Shown piece after piece: positions 10,578 through 20,288 of a stretch of DNA of 64,000 nucleotides (the first letter of the stretch is position 1; each line of letters opens with the position of its first letter). A model generated the notes under the pieces. That model did not search any database. It was given only the letters and a program-made list of their open reading frames with translations, and was not told the DNA's origin. A program made the position numbers and the translations under genes. This DNA comes from Nitrospinaceae bacterium (GTDB taxonomy: Bacteria > Nitrospinota > Nitrospinia > Nitrospinales > VA-1): assembly GCA_046754465.1 (NCBI GenBank), contig JBHHVU010000010.1, positions 15,067 to 79,066 of the forward strand, given 5' to 3'.

Positions 10578-11104
10578 AGATCCGCTTAAAAGATTCCGAG
10601 ATCGAACTGATCCAGGGAGATATCACTGAAAGCGCGACACAAGCCATTGTTAACGCGGCCAATTCCAATTTGATTCTCGGCGGGGGGGTTGCCGGGGCCA
10701 TCAGGAGAAAAGGGGGACCGGTCATTCAGCAGGAATGCAATGCCCACGGCCCCTGTCCCGTGGGGGAGGCGGCGGTGACCTCGGGGGGCGCCCTGAAGGC
10801 AAAATTCGTGATCCACGCCGTCGGACCCCGTTGGGGGGAGGGAGATGAGGAAAACAAACTCCGCGATGCCGCGCTCAATAGCCTGAAACGCGCCGAAGAA
10901 AAGGAAATAGAGTCTATTACCTTTCCCGCGATCAGCACTGGAATTTTCGGATTTCCCCTGGAACTTGCGGCTCGCATCTTGCTTCAAACTGTGAAAGAAT
11001 ACTTATTGGGAACTACGAAAATCAAAAGAGTCGTTTTTGCGTTGTTTGATAGGAAAAGTATGGCGGTGTTTCAAAAAATGCTTCAATCCCTGGGAGAGGG
11101 TTGA
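10574..11104 (+). CDS. Macro domain protein (YmdB-like ADP-ribose hydrolase)
   Basis: GDIT, AIVNAAN, GGGVAGAI, VIHAVGP, FPAISTGIFGFP. Confidence 0.95.
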   Translation: MKIRLKDSEIELIQGDITESATQAIVNAANSNLILGGGVAGAIRRKGGPVIQQECNAHGPCPVGEAAVTSGGALKAKFVIHAVGPRWGEGDEENKLRDAALNSLKRAEEKEIESITFPAISTGIFGFPLELAARILLQTVKEYLLGTTKIKRVVFALFDRKSMAVFQKMLQSLGEG

Positions 11105-11198
11105 ACCATTTGGCCGCGGATTGAATCTAAATTAAAAAGGTTTTTTTAATTTAAGAGATAATAATGATGACGGTTTGAGTTTTGCCGGGGAGATTGTC

Positions 11199-11897
11199 AT
11201 GGGCCCGTTCAGCGCCTGGGTGAAAAAAATTTTTGGAAGTAACAATAATAAAAAAGAAGAACCCGCCGGTGGTCAAGACCCTCCCCTCCAGGACTCCAAG
11301 GAATCCCAATTTAAAGTCGTCCGGGTGCAACCCACGCCCAACCCGGACGCGTTTCAATTCATCATGAATGGGCCCGTGATTGCATCGGGAACAAAAACCT
11401 TCAGTTCCGCGGACGAGGCTCAGGGAGACCCCTTGGGCATGGCCTTATTCGAGATCTTCGGGGTCGAAAATGTTTTCCTGAGGGAAAACTTCGTGACCAT
11501 CACCAAGTCCAAGGTGGTAGGCTGGCACACGGTCATGGAAAAACTGGGGGATACGATCGAAGACCATTTGACCTTCTATCCGGAAACCGGTACCGCGCCA
11601 GGGATTCCAAAAGATACTCATCCCATCCTGGATAAATTCAAAAAGGAAGATTTCATCCATTGCTCCGACATTGAGAAAACCCAGATCATTGAGGCGTTGC
11701 TGGATATCGCCGTGCGCCCGGCCCTGACCAACGATGGAGGGGGAATCAATATTCTGGGGATCGAAGGCAACGTGGTCAAAATTCATTACCAGGGTGCCTG
11801 CGGCAGTTGTCCGAGTTCCACCACCGGGACTCTCACCTATATCGAAAACTTTTTAAAAGAAGCCATCCATCCCGATATAGAGGTCCTGGCCGCCTAG
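11199..11897 (+). CDS. NifU/Nfu family Fe-S carrier (Nfu_N plus NifU_C)
   Basis: PTPNPDAFQF, NFVTITK; VRPAL..DGG; GACGSCPSS. Confidence 0.92.
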   Translation: MGPFSAWVKKIFGSNNNKKEEPAGGQDPPLQDSKESQFKVVRVQPTPNPDAFQFIMNGPVIASGTKTFSSADEAQGDPLGMALFEIFGVENVFLRENFVTITKSKVVGWHTVMEKLGDTIEDHLTFYPETGTAPGIPKDTHPILDKFKKEDFIHCSDIEKTQIIEALLDIAVRPALTNDGGGINILGIEGNVVKIHYQGACGSCPSSTTGTLTYIENFLKEAIHPDIEVLAA

Positions 11898-11931
11898 AAT
11901 CAGCAGACCTTCCGATAATTTTCCCGCCCTT

Positions 11932-12516
11932 TCAAAACCATTTGCTGGAAAGTTTTGGAGGTTCGTAGGAAAGGATATAGTCCAAGGCCCCTTGTGGATC
12001 GGGTTTTACAGCGAACAAGGCCAGACTTTCCTTTTTCGCGAACTTCAAGTCCACCATTTCCCGCAGGTTGGAAATCAGCCCATCATAAAAATGGTTGGTG
12101 TTGATAAACACCAACGCCTTGTCCGTGAGTTTGAGCTGTTTCATGGATAAAATTTCCATGGCTTCTTCCAGGGTTCCAATGCCTCCCGGAAGAGTGATGA
12201 ACGCGTCGGCCCGTTGATCCATGATGGCCTTCCGTTCGCGCATATCCCGTGTCACGATCAATTGATCCGCATCCTCATAGGGGATGTCTTTCACCCTGAA
12301 AAATTCCGGGAGAACCCCCACAACCTTTCCGCCTTCCTCGTGAACCCCGCGGGCGACGCATCCCATCAGACCGATGGATGCCCCGCCATAGATCAGATCG
12401 ATCCCCAGACGTCCTATCCTTCGACCCAAGTCCGTGGCTGTGTCCCGATACACGGATTCCACCGACTGGCTGGAAGCGCAGAAGACACAAATCGACCGAA
12501 TTTTCTTTATTTCCAT
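11932..12516 (-). CDS. LOG family (TIGR00730) nucleotide phosphoribohydrolase
   Basis: ICVFCASS, LIYGGASIGLMG, MRERK, LPGGIGTLEE. Confidence 0.93.
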   Translation of the reverse strand: MEIKKIRSICVFCASSQSVESVYRDTATDLGRRIGRLGIDLIYGGASIGLMGCVARGVHEEGGKVVGVLPEFFRVKDIPYEDADQLIVTRDMRERKAIMDQRADAFITLPGGIGTLEEAMEILSMKQLKLTDKALVFINTNHFYDGLISNLREMVDLKFAKKESLALFAVKPDPQGALDYILSYEPPKLSSKWF

Positions 12517-12789
12517 CAAAAATCACCCTTGGCGAATCTCATGATTCGGCCCCTTTCCTGATCCATTAAAAAGACAAGCCCGGCGAAAATTCAAAAAAAA
12601 TAAATCCCGTTAAAAGCCGGAGGCTGAGGTTTCCTCGGGGGCCCCCCGCCCCCGGTTTCCACATTCCGCGCCGGCGATAGAATTTTATCCCTAACCAACT
12701 GTTTACAAAAGGAATTTTCCTTTCCGCGAAGCGGGGTGGTGCGCTGAATCAATTCACCTATTACAACCCTCACTGGAAGTCAATGGGTT

Positions 12790-12805
12790 TGTGATTTTTA
12801 TCACA
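12790..12805. promoter_or_regulatory. CRP-family binding site
   Basis: TGTGA-ttttta-TCACA, perfect TGTGA-N6-TCACA core in a divergent intergenic region. Confidence 0.7.
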
Positions 12806-12848
12806 ATAATTTGTGACCTGCTTCCTTTCGTTTGGCAGGAAAAAATAT

Positions 12849-13154
12849 ATGTTGGAGTGGGAACAAAATTCCCTTCAAAAGGAGACGAGGAGAACGGTTT
12901 TTATTCAAAAGGAGACAAAAGGAGAGAACTTGATTTGGGAACTTGATTTGGGGAAACGTATTATGATTCATGAAGTGAAGATTATTGGACGGAATGGGAA
13001 AGTTAAAAAAATGATTTCCAGTAAGGATTTGAGCCGAGATCACTGGAAACACTTTAAAGAGTCCACTGACGATGAGAATGTCGTGAAATTGTCCAGGGGT
13101 AGAATTTTAAGGTCAATTCGCGAAAAATTGGACTCGGAATTCCCAGTGGAATAA
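12849..13154 (+). CDS. Hypothetical protein (101 aa)
   Basis: AGGA RBS before ATG 12849; protein-like composition; fills the gap between LOG and dgt. Confidence 0.7.
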   Translation: MLEWEQNSLQKETRRTVFIQKETKGENLIWELDLGKRIMIHEVKIIGRNGKVKKMISSKDLSRDHWKHFKESTDDENVVKLSRGRILRSIREKLDSEFPVE

Positions 13155-13213
13155 AATCCCTTTCCAATAAAATTATTCGTACCTTTTGAAAGGATTGCCC
13201 CCCAGTGAACGAT

Positions 13214-13371
13214 GGGGACCGGTTTTGCCAGACCCCGGGAAGGAAGGGTATACCCTGATTCCCGGGGCTCAAATGCCTGGGCCTTCACGTTGCGGGCATT
13301 TGAACGGCCATTCGCGTTTTCCGTTTTCCGTCTCCGCACTGGACCCTCCTTCCCCCAAAACCGGTGTCCCC
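13214..13371. other. Multi-stem structured element (candidate ncRNA or inverted-repeat element)
   Basis: Outer stem 13214-13227/13356-13371 encloses hairpins 13233-13267 and 13269-13303. Confidence 0.45.
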
Positions 13372-13414
13372 TGGCACACCTTGCGGTCACCGAATACCGT
13401 TGCGGGGCCGGGTT

Positions 13415-14563
13415 TCATTCTCTTTTATCCGGGGCAAACAGCTTTTCATATTCGCCGATGGCGTAGCGGTCGGTCATGCCCGAAATATAGTCGCAGATGC
13501 GGCGGTTCAGCGGCCCCTGGTACTCGCTTTTCAGAAGCGCCTCCGGTAAAAGTTCGGGGATCTGCTCGTAGGCCCGGAATATTTCCGTCAGATACATTTT
13601 GGCCTTGAATTCCATTCGCCGGACCTTTCGGTGGGTATACATATTCTTAAAAAGGAACCGTTTGAGTTCCTTGTTTTTTTCTTCGATTTCCGCACTGAAA
13701 CCGGCGACCCTCGCCCGGGCTTTTCGAACATCGTCCGCGTGTCCGATTTCGTTTTCCTTTAAGTTCCTGAGAGTGGATTCCCGGAAATCCGTAACCAGGC
13801 CGTTGATGATCCTTCGTACGATCTGGTATTTTTTCAGTTTGAAATCCAGGTTAGAATATTTCCGGTCCAGGAATTCCTCGTTTTCCTTCCAGAGGGCCAC
13901 CTGTCGCAGTTGGCCGATGTCCAGCAGGTTCGAAGTGATTCCATCATCGAGGTCATGCGCGTTGTAGGCGATGGCATCGGCGTAGTCGGCCACCTGGGCC
14001 TCGAGGGAGGGGTAGCGGAATCCTTCCCCGCCCGCAAGAGGGTTTTCCTCGTCCTTGAAATGTTTGCTGATGCCTTCCAGAACCTCCCAGGTGAGGTTGA
14101 GCCCCTCAAAATCCGGATATCTTTTTTCAAGGATTTTGACAATTCGCAGACTTTGTTTGTTGTGTTCGAATCCGCCCTGGTTCTTCATCAAGGTATTCAG
14201 GACGTTTTGCCCCGTGTGGCCGAAGGGGGGGTGGCCTAGGTCGTGGGACAGCGCAATGGCTTCCGCCAGGTCTTCATTCAGTTGTAGGGATTTACAGATC
14301 GAGCGGGCGATTTGGGCCACTTCCAGCGAATGGGTGAGGCGGGTGCGGTAATAGTCGCCCTCGTGATACACAAAAACCTGGGTCTTGTATTCCAATCGCC
14401 GGAAGGCGGAGCAATGAATAATCCTATCCCGGTCCCTTTGAAACCGGGTCCGGTAAGAGTGTTCCTCTTCCTGGTGCTGGCGGCCCCGGCTTTCGCCGCT
14501 TTTCACCGCGTAAGGGGCCAGCATGGTGGTTTCCTGTTGTTCGATGTTCTTGCGGGTAATCAT
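13415..14563 (-). CDS. dgt: Deoxyguanosinetriphosphate triphosphohydrolase
   Basis: FQRDRDRIIH..AFRRL..KTQVF, RTRLTHSLEV, HDLGHPPFGH, FEHNKQSLR, DYISGMTDRYA. Confidence 0.96.
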   Translation of the reverse strand: MITRKNIEQQETTMLAPYAVKSGESRGRQHQEEEHSYRTRFQRDRDRIIHCSAFRRLEYKTQVFVYHEGDYYRTRLTHSLEVAQIARSICKSLQLNEDLAEAIALSHDLGHPPFGHTGQNVLNTLMKNQGGFEHNKQSLRIVKILEKRYPDFEGLNLTWEVLEGISKHFKDEENPLAGGEGFRYPSLEAQVADYADAIAYNAHDLDDGITSNLLDIGQLRQVALWKENEEFLDRKYSNLDFKLKKYQIVRRIINGLVTDFRESTLRNLKENEIGHADDVRKARARVAGFSAEIEEKNKELKRFLFKNMYTHRKVRRMEFKAKMYLTEIFRAYEQIPELLPEALLKSEYQGPLNRRICDYISGMTDRYAIGEYEKLFAPDKRE

Positions 14564-14751
14564 TCCAGAAAATTCGATTTGAATTCCTTCCAGCCGGGAT
14601 ACCGGGGCAGCATGAATGCCTCATAGATTACCACTGGAGGACGTCCCTTTACAAATTGACCCTGGCAAGTTTTTTTCAGCGGCTCTTTGTCGAGGAAAAA
14701 TTTTTTTGGGTCCATCCATGGAGAGAGGGAAGAAGAGGGCGGAACCGGGTC

Positions 14752-16122
14752 TTAATTTCCGTTGTGTATTTTCGGAAGGTGAATGGTGAAGGTGCATCCC
14801 TGGTCGGGAGCGCTTTTTGCGCTAATCCTGCCTCCATGCCGATGAACGATTTTTTGACAGATGGCCAATCCCATGCCTGTGCCTTCGAATTCGCTTCGGC
14901 CATGCAGTCGTTCAAACGGTTTAAAAATCCGGTCGATGTACTTTTCCTCGAACCCGATTCCATTATCCTGGACGCGGATTTCGCAATCCCCCGATTTTTT
15001 AGTCTTTGCCAGGATTTTTACGACGGGGTTCTCACCTTTTTTATGGAATTTCAGGGCATTGCCGACCAGATTTTGAAATAACTGCCGCATCTGGAATTCA
15101 TCGGCATCAAGAATGGGCAGGGATTTCATTTCTATCCTGGCGCCGGACCGGGTGATCCGGGTTTCCAGGTCGGAAAGCACCTCCCGAACCACTTTGTTCA
15201 AGTCGGTGGATTTAAAGGATTTTGCTTTCGAGCTCACCCTGGAAAACTGGAGCAATTCCTCGATCAGTTTTTGCATTCGTGCGGTTGCGCTTCCCATTCG
15301 CTCCAGGCAGAGGGTGGTTTTTTCGTCGGCTTCAATGGATAAATTGTCTCTCAAACGGTCTCCGAACATGATCACTTTTCTTAAAGGTTCCTGCAAATCA
15401 TGGGAAGCGATGGAGGCGAACGCCTGCAAATCCTCGTTGCTTCGTTTCAGTTCTTCTTCCACCATTTGGCGGTCGTGGATTTCCTTTTTGAGTTTGGCGG
15501 CCTGTTTTTCCAATTTTAAGGTGCGTTTTTTTACCGTTTGTTCCAGGTTTGAGTTTTGTTGACTCACGAATTGGTAAAGGGAGCCGTTTTCGATGGCGTA
15601 GGCGGTATTGGAAAGAATGATGGAAATGATATGGAGTTTTTCTCCCGGAATTTTCTGGGTATGCCTTCCAAACCGTCCCACAAACATCCCCCGGACCCGC
15701 GACTTGGTCGCCAAAGCGTGAAGGATCAGTTTTTCGCCGGAAGAATCCATCGGACCAATCAAGGGACGATTTTGTTTCAAGGCCCAGGCAAAGTTTCCCT
15801 TTTCAATCTGGTTATTGACCTGTTTCCGAATCAGGTCACTTTCAGGTTCTGGATCACAAACGATTAATTCGAAATTCTGGGTCGATTCATCCACCAGGTA
15901 AAAAGCCAGGGTACTGAATCCGGCGAGCTGTTTTAGATATTTTTGCGCGACCCTGAAGATGAATTTCGGATCCTGGTAGCCTTCCACATCGACATGAAGG
16001 TCCCCTAGCGAGGCCAGCCGTTCCAGGGCGAAAAAATACCAGCTATTGGTTTTCTCAAGGTGCCGGATTCGCGCTTTAAGTTTGTCGATTTCTGTCAGGT
16101 CCCTATTTTTGCTCATGTACAT
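14752..16122 (-). CDS. Cytoplasmic sensor histidine kinase (GAF-like plus HisKA plus HATPase)
   Basis: ASHDLQEPLRKV H-box, QNLVGNALKF, DNGIG, FKPFERLH, GTGMGLAI; no TM segment. Confidence 0.93.
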   Translation of the reverse strand: MYMSKNRDLTEIDKLKARIRHLEKTNSWYFFALERLASLGDLHVDVEGYQDPKFIFRVAQKYLKQLAGFSTLAFYLVDESTQNFELIVCDPEPESDLIRKQVNNQIEKGNFAWALKQNRPLIGPMDSSGEKLILHALATKSRVRGMFVGRFGRHTQKIPGEKLHIISIILSNTAYAIENGSLYQFVSQQNSNLEQTVKKRTLKLEKQAAKLKKEIHDRQMVEEELKRSNEDLQAFASIASHDLQEPLRKVIMFGDRLRDNLSIEADEKTTLCLERMGSATARMQKLIEELLQFSRVSSKAKSFKSTDLNKVVREVLSDLETRITRSGARIEMKSLPILDADEFQMRQLFQNLVGNALKFHKKGENPVVKILAKTKKSGDCEIRVQDNGIGFEEKYIDRIFKPFERLHGRSEFEGTGMGLAICQKIVHRHGGRISAKSAPDQGCTFTIHLPKIHNGN

Positions 16123-16979
16123 TATTTGGACTCATCACCAATAAATATTTCTATTGTGGCATCAAAATGAGTCTGGACCTGGTCCCAGATGGAGGGCAAT
16201 AAACTGACGGGCAACCCAACCTTTTCCCAGATTCCAGGCTCGAGCGGGGGAACCAAACGCTCTCCGCTGCAACCCAGCTCCATGGCCTTGGAAAGCCCAT
16301 CCGCCAGATTCAAAATGGCGGTTTCGGTGGGATGATTGCGGGCTTCTAAAGGTTTATGGTGAAATTCAATCATTTCTTCCAGATATTCGGGAAGGTTCCA
16401 TGCCCGAGTCAATGCGGCCCCAACGGCTCCGTGGTCGAATCCCATGACCCGCTCCTCCACATGGTTCAGTAATTCATCATTGTCTTGGCGGAGGTCTATG
16501 ATTTCCTTCGCTTGGTCCGGGTGATTTTCAATAATTATTAACCGGCCCACATCATGCAGGATGCCAGCCAGGTAAAATCGCTCGGCCTGGTTTTGACGGC
16601 TGTGAATGGCCAGCACCCATCCCGTGATCCCGCAGCCTACACTGTGGCACCAGAAGGATTTCATGCTGACGAAATCCTCCGGGATCCCCCGGAAAAAGGT
16701 CATGACCATCGTAGCCAGGGCCAGGTCACGAAGTTGGTGCGTGCCAACGATGGAGATGGCATGGGAAATGCTATCGATTTTGGAGGGAAAATTATAAAAA
16801 GAGCTGTTTACCATTTTTAACAGCCGCGCCGAAAGGGACGTGTCGTTATTGATGATATCCGCGACATCGCCAAAAGAACATTCAGGATCATTCACCGCGT
16901 CGTTTATCTTAAAAAAGATCTCCGGTATGGAGGACAGCCTGACAGACCCCTTGACCATTTCCTGCGGGCTAATGAGCAT
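16122..16979 (-). CDS. HDOD domain protein
   Basis: D.SLSARLLKMVNSSFY, FWCHS, AGILHDVGRL, GFDHGAVGAAL..AWNLP, FHH.P. Confidence 0.93.
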   Translation of the reverse strand: MLISPQEMVKGSVRLSSIPEIFFKINDAVNDPECSFGDVADIINNDTSLSARLLKMVNSSFYNFPSKIDSISHAISIVGTHQLRDLALATMVMTFFRGIPEDFVSMKSFWCHSVGCGITGWVLAIHSRQNQAERFYLAGILHDVGRLIIIENHPDQAKEIIDLRQDNDELLNHVEERVMGFDHGAVGAALTRAWNLPEYLEEMIEFHHKPLEARNHPTETAILNLADGLSKAMELGCSGERLVPPLEPGIWEKVGLPVSLLPSIWDQVQTHFDATIEIFIGDESK

Positions 16980-17325
16980 GGGTATTTCCCTTTCCCGGTT
17001 TTCGCTGCAATTTGTTCAAGCTGCACAACCGCAACAATTCGGTGACCGCGGGGTGATCCAGGTTAGAATGTCGAAACAAATCCCTCGCTTCCTGCTCCGC
17101 TTTTTTCAATTGTTCGGGGTCAATAGAGTCGGACTCGATAACGGTGGTTGGTTTCTCGTCACCGAGTTCTATATCCGCTTCCGTCACTCCCCAAGCCTTA
17201 AAACTCATAATATGTTTTTCCTCGAGGACGGTTCCCCGGGGGAGCAGTTTCTTGCCAAAGGGATTTTTCAAGTCTTCCGCGAGGACCATTCCCGGCTTTA
17301 AGCTGTTGATCAGGATTCTGGTCAT
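16969..17325 (-). CDS. Small protein resembling the N-terminal module of HD-GYP proteins
   Basis: LKPGMVLAEDL....G..LL..GTVL...HI motif; GAGGA RBS; overlaps the HDOD start. Confidence 0.75.
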   Translation of the reverse strand: MTRILINSLKPGMVLAEDLKNPFGKKLLPRGTVLEEKHIMSFKAWGVTEADIELGDEKPTTVIESDSIDPEQLKKAEQEARDLFRHSNLDHPAVTELLRLCSLNKLQRKPGKGNTHAH

Positions 17326-17768
17326 TTTGTTTCCTCTTGAATCAGGGGTCTCCCACAGCACCCGGTTTCACTCCAGGAGATTTTATGGACGCCACCTTTA
17401 ATTTCCCCTGGAATTACGATCAAGAATCAATTTTTCAATAATTTTCATGCTCTTTCCTTGCGGAATCGGGCGAATCTTCCTTGAATCGTCTTTCTGTTCT
17501 ATTATGGGGCAAAAGAGGTTTAAAATCAAGAGGATAAAACGGGTTGGGCGATTGAAGGCGGGTGCGCGGGAATGGGTCCGATTGGGTCAATTGAATGGGA
17601 ATTATCCCTTCTTGCGGGTAAGGGGGGCACTAAATTTTTTTCTTATTTTTGGGGGTTCGGGGTCTCAGGGAGCAAAAAGGCGGGAGAGTTCCAAAACAGG
17701 GTCCAGACCGGAGCCGGAAGACGGGATGCATTTTATTATTGATGCAAGCCTGGAGGGAAGGGGTAGAG

Positions 17769-18440
17769 TCAGGAAGAAGTTAATTCTTTAATCAATTTAT
17801 CCCAATCCGTTCTTTCTATTTCCTTTTGGGTGATGGGCCCCAGTTTCTTGAATTTATCGCTCCGTTCCTCGGGGTCCAAGGGCGTCTGATCCGTCCGCAA
17901 CTCCAAAACTTCATCCAGGCTGGAGTCATTTTCATCCGGGTATGGGAGGGCTTCCATACTTTCTTCCATCTCGTTTTCCAGGGGGTGCTTTTCCTGGCTT
18001 TGACGTAATACCTTGAAAATCTGTTCAAAATTTTTGGTGATGGAGGTTTCCAGTTCGCCAAACTCTCTTTTCACCGAAGAAAGATATTCCCGGCAGAGGT
18101 CATAATGGTTGAACCGGTATGGACTAATTTTATTGGCCTGGAGGTAATCCTCCGAAGCGAGGCGGTAACGCCCCTCCCTGATGTAAAGCCTCCCCCGGTA
18201 AACCCTTGCCAGAAAATGATTGGACTTTAAACTCAATACCATATTCAAATTGAGTAAAGCGATCGCGGTTTTGTTTTCCTTTAGACTGGTTACGGCCTGC
18301 GTGAAATGCTTTTTAACATCGGGATTCTGGTTTTCCATGATCCGGAAAAAAGGTTCCAGCATAGGGAAAAAAATTTCCCCGACTTGGAACTGAATCCCTT
18401 GGATCATTTGGTTTAATTTCTTTAGTGTCGATCCGGGCAT
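17769..18440 (-). CDS. TPR-containing protein
   Basis: ARVYRGRLYIREGRYRLASEDYLQANKISP TPR-like unit; start uncertain (18440 or nearby). Confidence 0.75.
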   Translation of the reverse strand: MPGSTLKKLNQMIQGIQFQVGEIFFPMLEPFFRIMENQNPDVKKHFTQAVTSLKENKTAIALLNLNMVLSLKSNHFLARVYRGRLYIREGRYRLASEDYLQANKISPYRFNHYDLCREYLSSVKREFGELETSITKNFEQIFKVLRQSQEKHPLENEMEESMEALPYPDENDSSLDEVLELRTDQTPLDPEERSDKFKKLGPITQKEIERTDWDKLIKELTSS

Positions 18441-18782
18441 GGCATTCCCCGGAGTCCGCGCACGAACTCGAATTAAAGAAGGGATTGATAAAGGATAATT
18501 TCTCTCAGGGTTCAGCCCGATTTTATCCAAATTAGAAATGTCCGTCAAACATTATCGTTCCCATTTTGTAAGGAATATCGAATTTCAGAAAGATTCTAAA
18601 AAAAATAAATTCCCAGGCTTCTCGGAACAAGTTGTCATCCCATGAACAGAGGAGGAAAGGGTACGGCCCGGATTTTTCCTTTTTTGAGAAAACGGGCCGG
18701 GAATTTTCCCGAACCCTGTTGAAAATTGGATGCTTCAAAACCCTTGCGTCGGCGGCGTTTTTCCGCTAATTGTTTATTTTAC

Positions 18783-18811
18783 TTGACGTTATTCCATTTC
18801 TATATTATGTT
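18783..18811 (+). promoter_or_regulatory. Sigma70 promoter directly in front of ATG 18818
   Basis: TTGACG-17 nt-TATGTT, 6 nt before the ATG; no Shine-Dalgarno. Confidence 0.55.
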
Positions 18812-18817
18812 CAAAGT

Positions 18818-19882
18818 ATGGAATGCTCAAGGTGTGGTTACATTGGATTTAAATTGGTCCGCAAATGCGGGAATTGCGGTTTGGATCTCCAGAAGCAAAA
18901 ATCCGGCCAGGGTTCCTTTCTCAAACCCCAATATGATTTCACCATCTTTGTCCCTGAATCCGCACAGGCGAGGGTTTCCGCTGTTGAGGGGAGGGGCCAA
19001 ACCCATGAGGAAACCACCGCGGCCGTTGCGGAATTGGGACTTTATGAGGCCGGCGGCTTTTCGGAAACGGAAAGTTCCCATTCCCATATCACCGACTCGG
19101 GTGAATTTGTTCTGGACCTTTCCGAGATCATAGACCGGGTTCCGGAAAACGCGGATATGGAATCCCACACCGGCAATGAGGATAGAGCCGCCCTGGAGAA
19201 TTCCCCCGACGAAAATTATCCGGACGGTCCTTCCTTTGATATCGAGCCCAAGCATGATGTGAATGAACTGGAAGTGAAAGGACTGGGTTTTGATTTGATG
19301 GAGGATCCGGAAATCTCGGAACCCCTGGATTCGGATTTTACCGAGGAATCGCCCGGACCGGAATTGGAACCGGAACCCGAAAGCCCCGAACAGGCAACCG
19401 CAGAGGGGGAGGACAACATTCAGTTTGAACTGGACGCGATTGAAAAAAGCCTCGCCGACAGGGAAACGGAAAACGAACCGGCATCCGGACTGGAAGAGGA
19501 TTTTCAGGATATGGCCTTGGATTTGGAAGATTCTCCGAACAAACAAATTCTGGAATTGGAATCCAGTTTCTCCCATCTGAAAAAAGATAAAAAAGAACCG
19601 CGGCAGGATGGGGAACCGGAGTCCGATGCCCCTTTGGGAATATCCACCGAGGCCGCCGCGGAGACGGATTCCCGGAACCCTGGTACGGAAAACCAGGGAA
19701 CAATTGAAAATACTGAGGGAATAAATTCCAACCTGGAAATGGAGGAACCCCAAAAGGAAAACCCTCCCTCCGATGAAATGGGGCTTTCCTTAGAGGGTCT
19801 GGAACTGGAATCCGATTCCTCCAGCGAGAACCCCGGTTCAGAGGACCCCCCCTCGCTGGATACCCCGGAAACCCGGCCTTGA
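18818..19882 (+). CDS. Zinc-ribbon protein with long acidic, probably disordered tail
   Basis: MECSRCG..CGNCG then about 300 aa rich in E/D/S/P. Confidence 0.8.
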   Translation: MECSRCGYIGFKLVRKCGNCGLDLQKQKSGQGSFLKPQYDFTIFVPESAQARVSAVEGRGQTHEETTAAVAELGLYEAGGFSETESSHSHITDSGEFVLDLSEIIDRVPENADMESHTGNEDRAALENSPDENYPDGPSFDIEPKHDVNELEVKGLGFDLMEDPEISEPLDSDFTEESPGPELEPEPESPEQATAEGEDNIQFELDAIEKSLADRETENEPASGLEEDFQDMALDLEDSPNKQILELESSFSHLKKDKKEPRQDGEPESDAPLGISTEAAAETDSRNPGTENQGTIENTEGINSNLEMEEPQKENPPSDEMGLSLEGLELESDSSSENPGSEDPPSLDTPETRP

Positions 19883-20288
19883 TGCTTGCCCTGTTGACTT
19901 AGCAGGATTCCCCCGCCAACAAGAAAAATACTGGTTTGCCCCCCCCATGGAAAGAATTTCCTGACCCGGCCACTTTATAGACACCCTCCCGGTTGATCCA
20001 ATAACATTTTGAAAGGTAATGCATTATTTTGGTCTCGGGCTTGACGGCCCGGTTTTAGGTTTTTCAAGACGCTTACTGGCCGCGCCTCCATTTTCACCTG
20101 CCATAAAAAGATTGGATTTTATCGCAAAATTACATTATAAAACTATATCCTTGTGAGAGGTTCCATGCCCTTTGCCGGGTGTTCCATAGGTTCTTGAGCC
20201 TGGGAACCGGATTTTCACCGGAGGTGAGGTGTCCCATCCGGCCGAGCGCAGTTTTGCCCTTCGCATTTCATTCCGAAACTGACAGTTT

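Noticed and set aside
13372..13384. TGGCACACCTTGC as a sigma54 promoter
   Set aside because: GG-to-GC spacing is 2 nt too short
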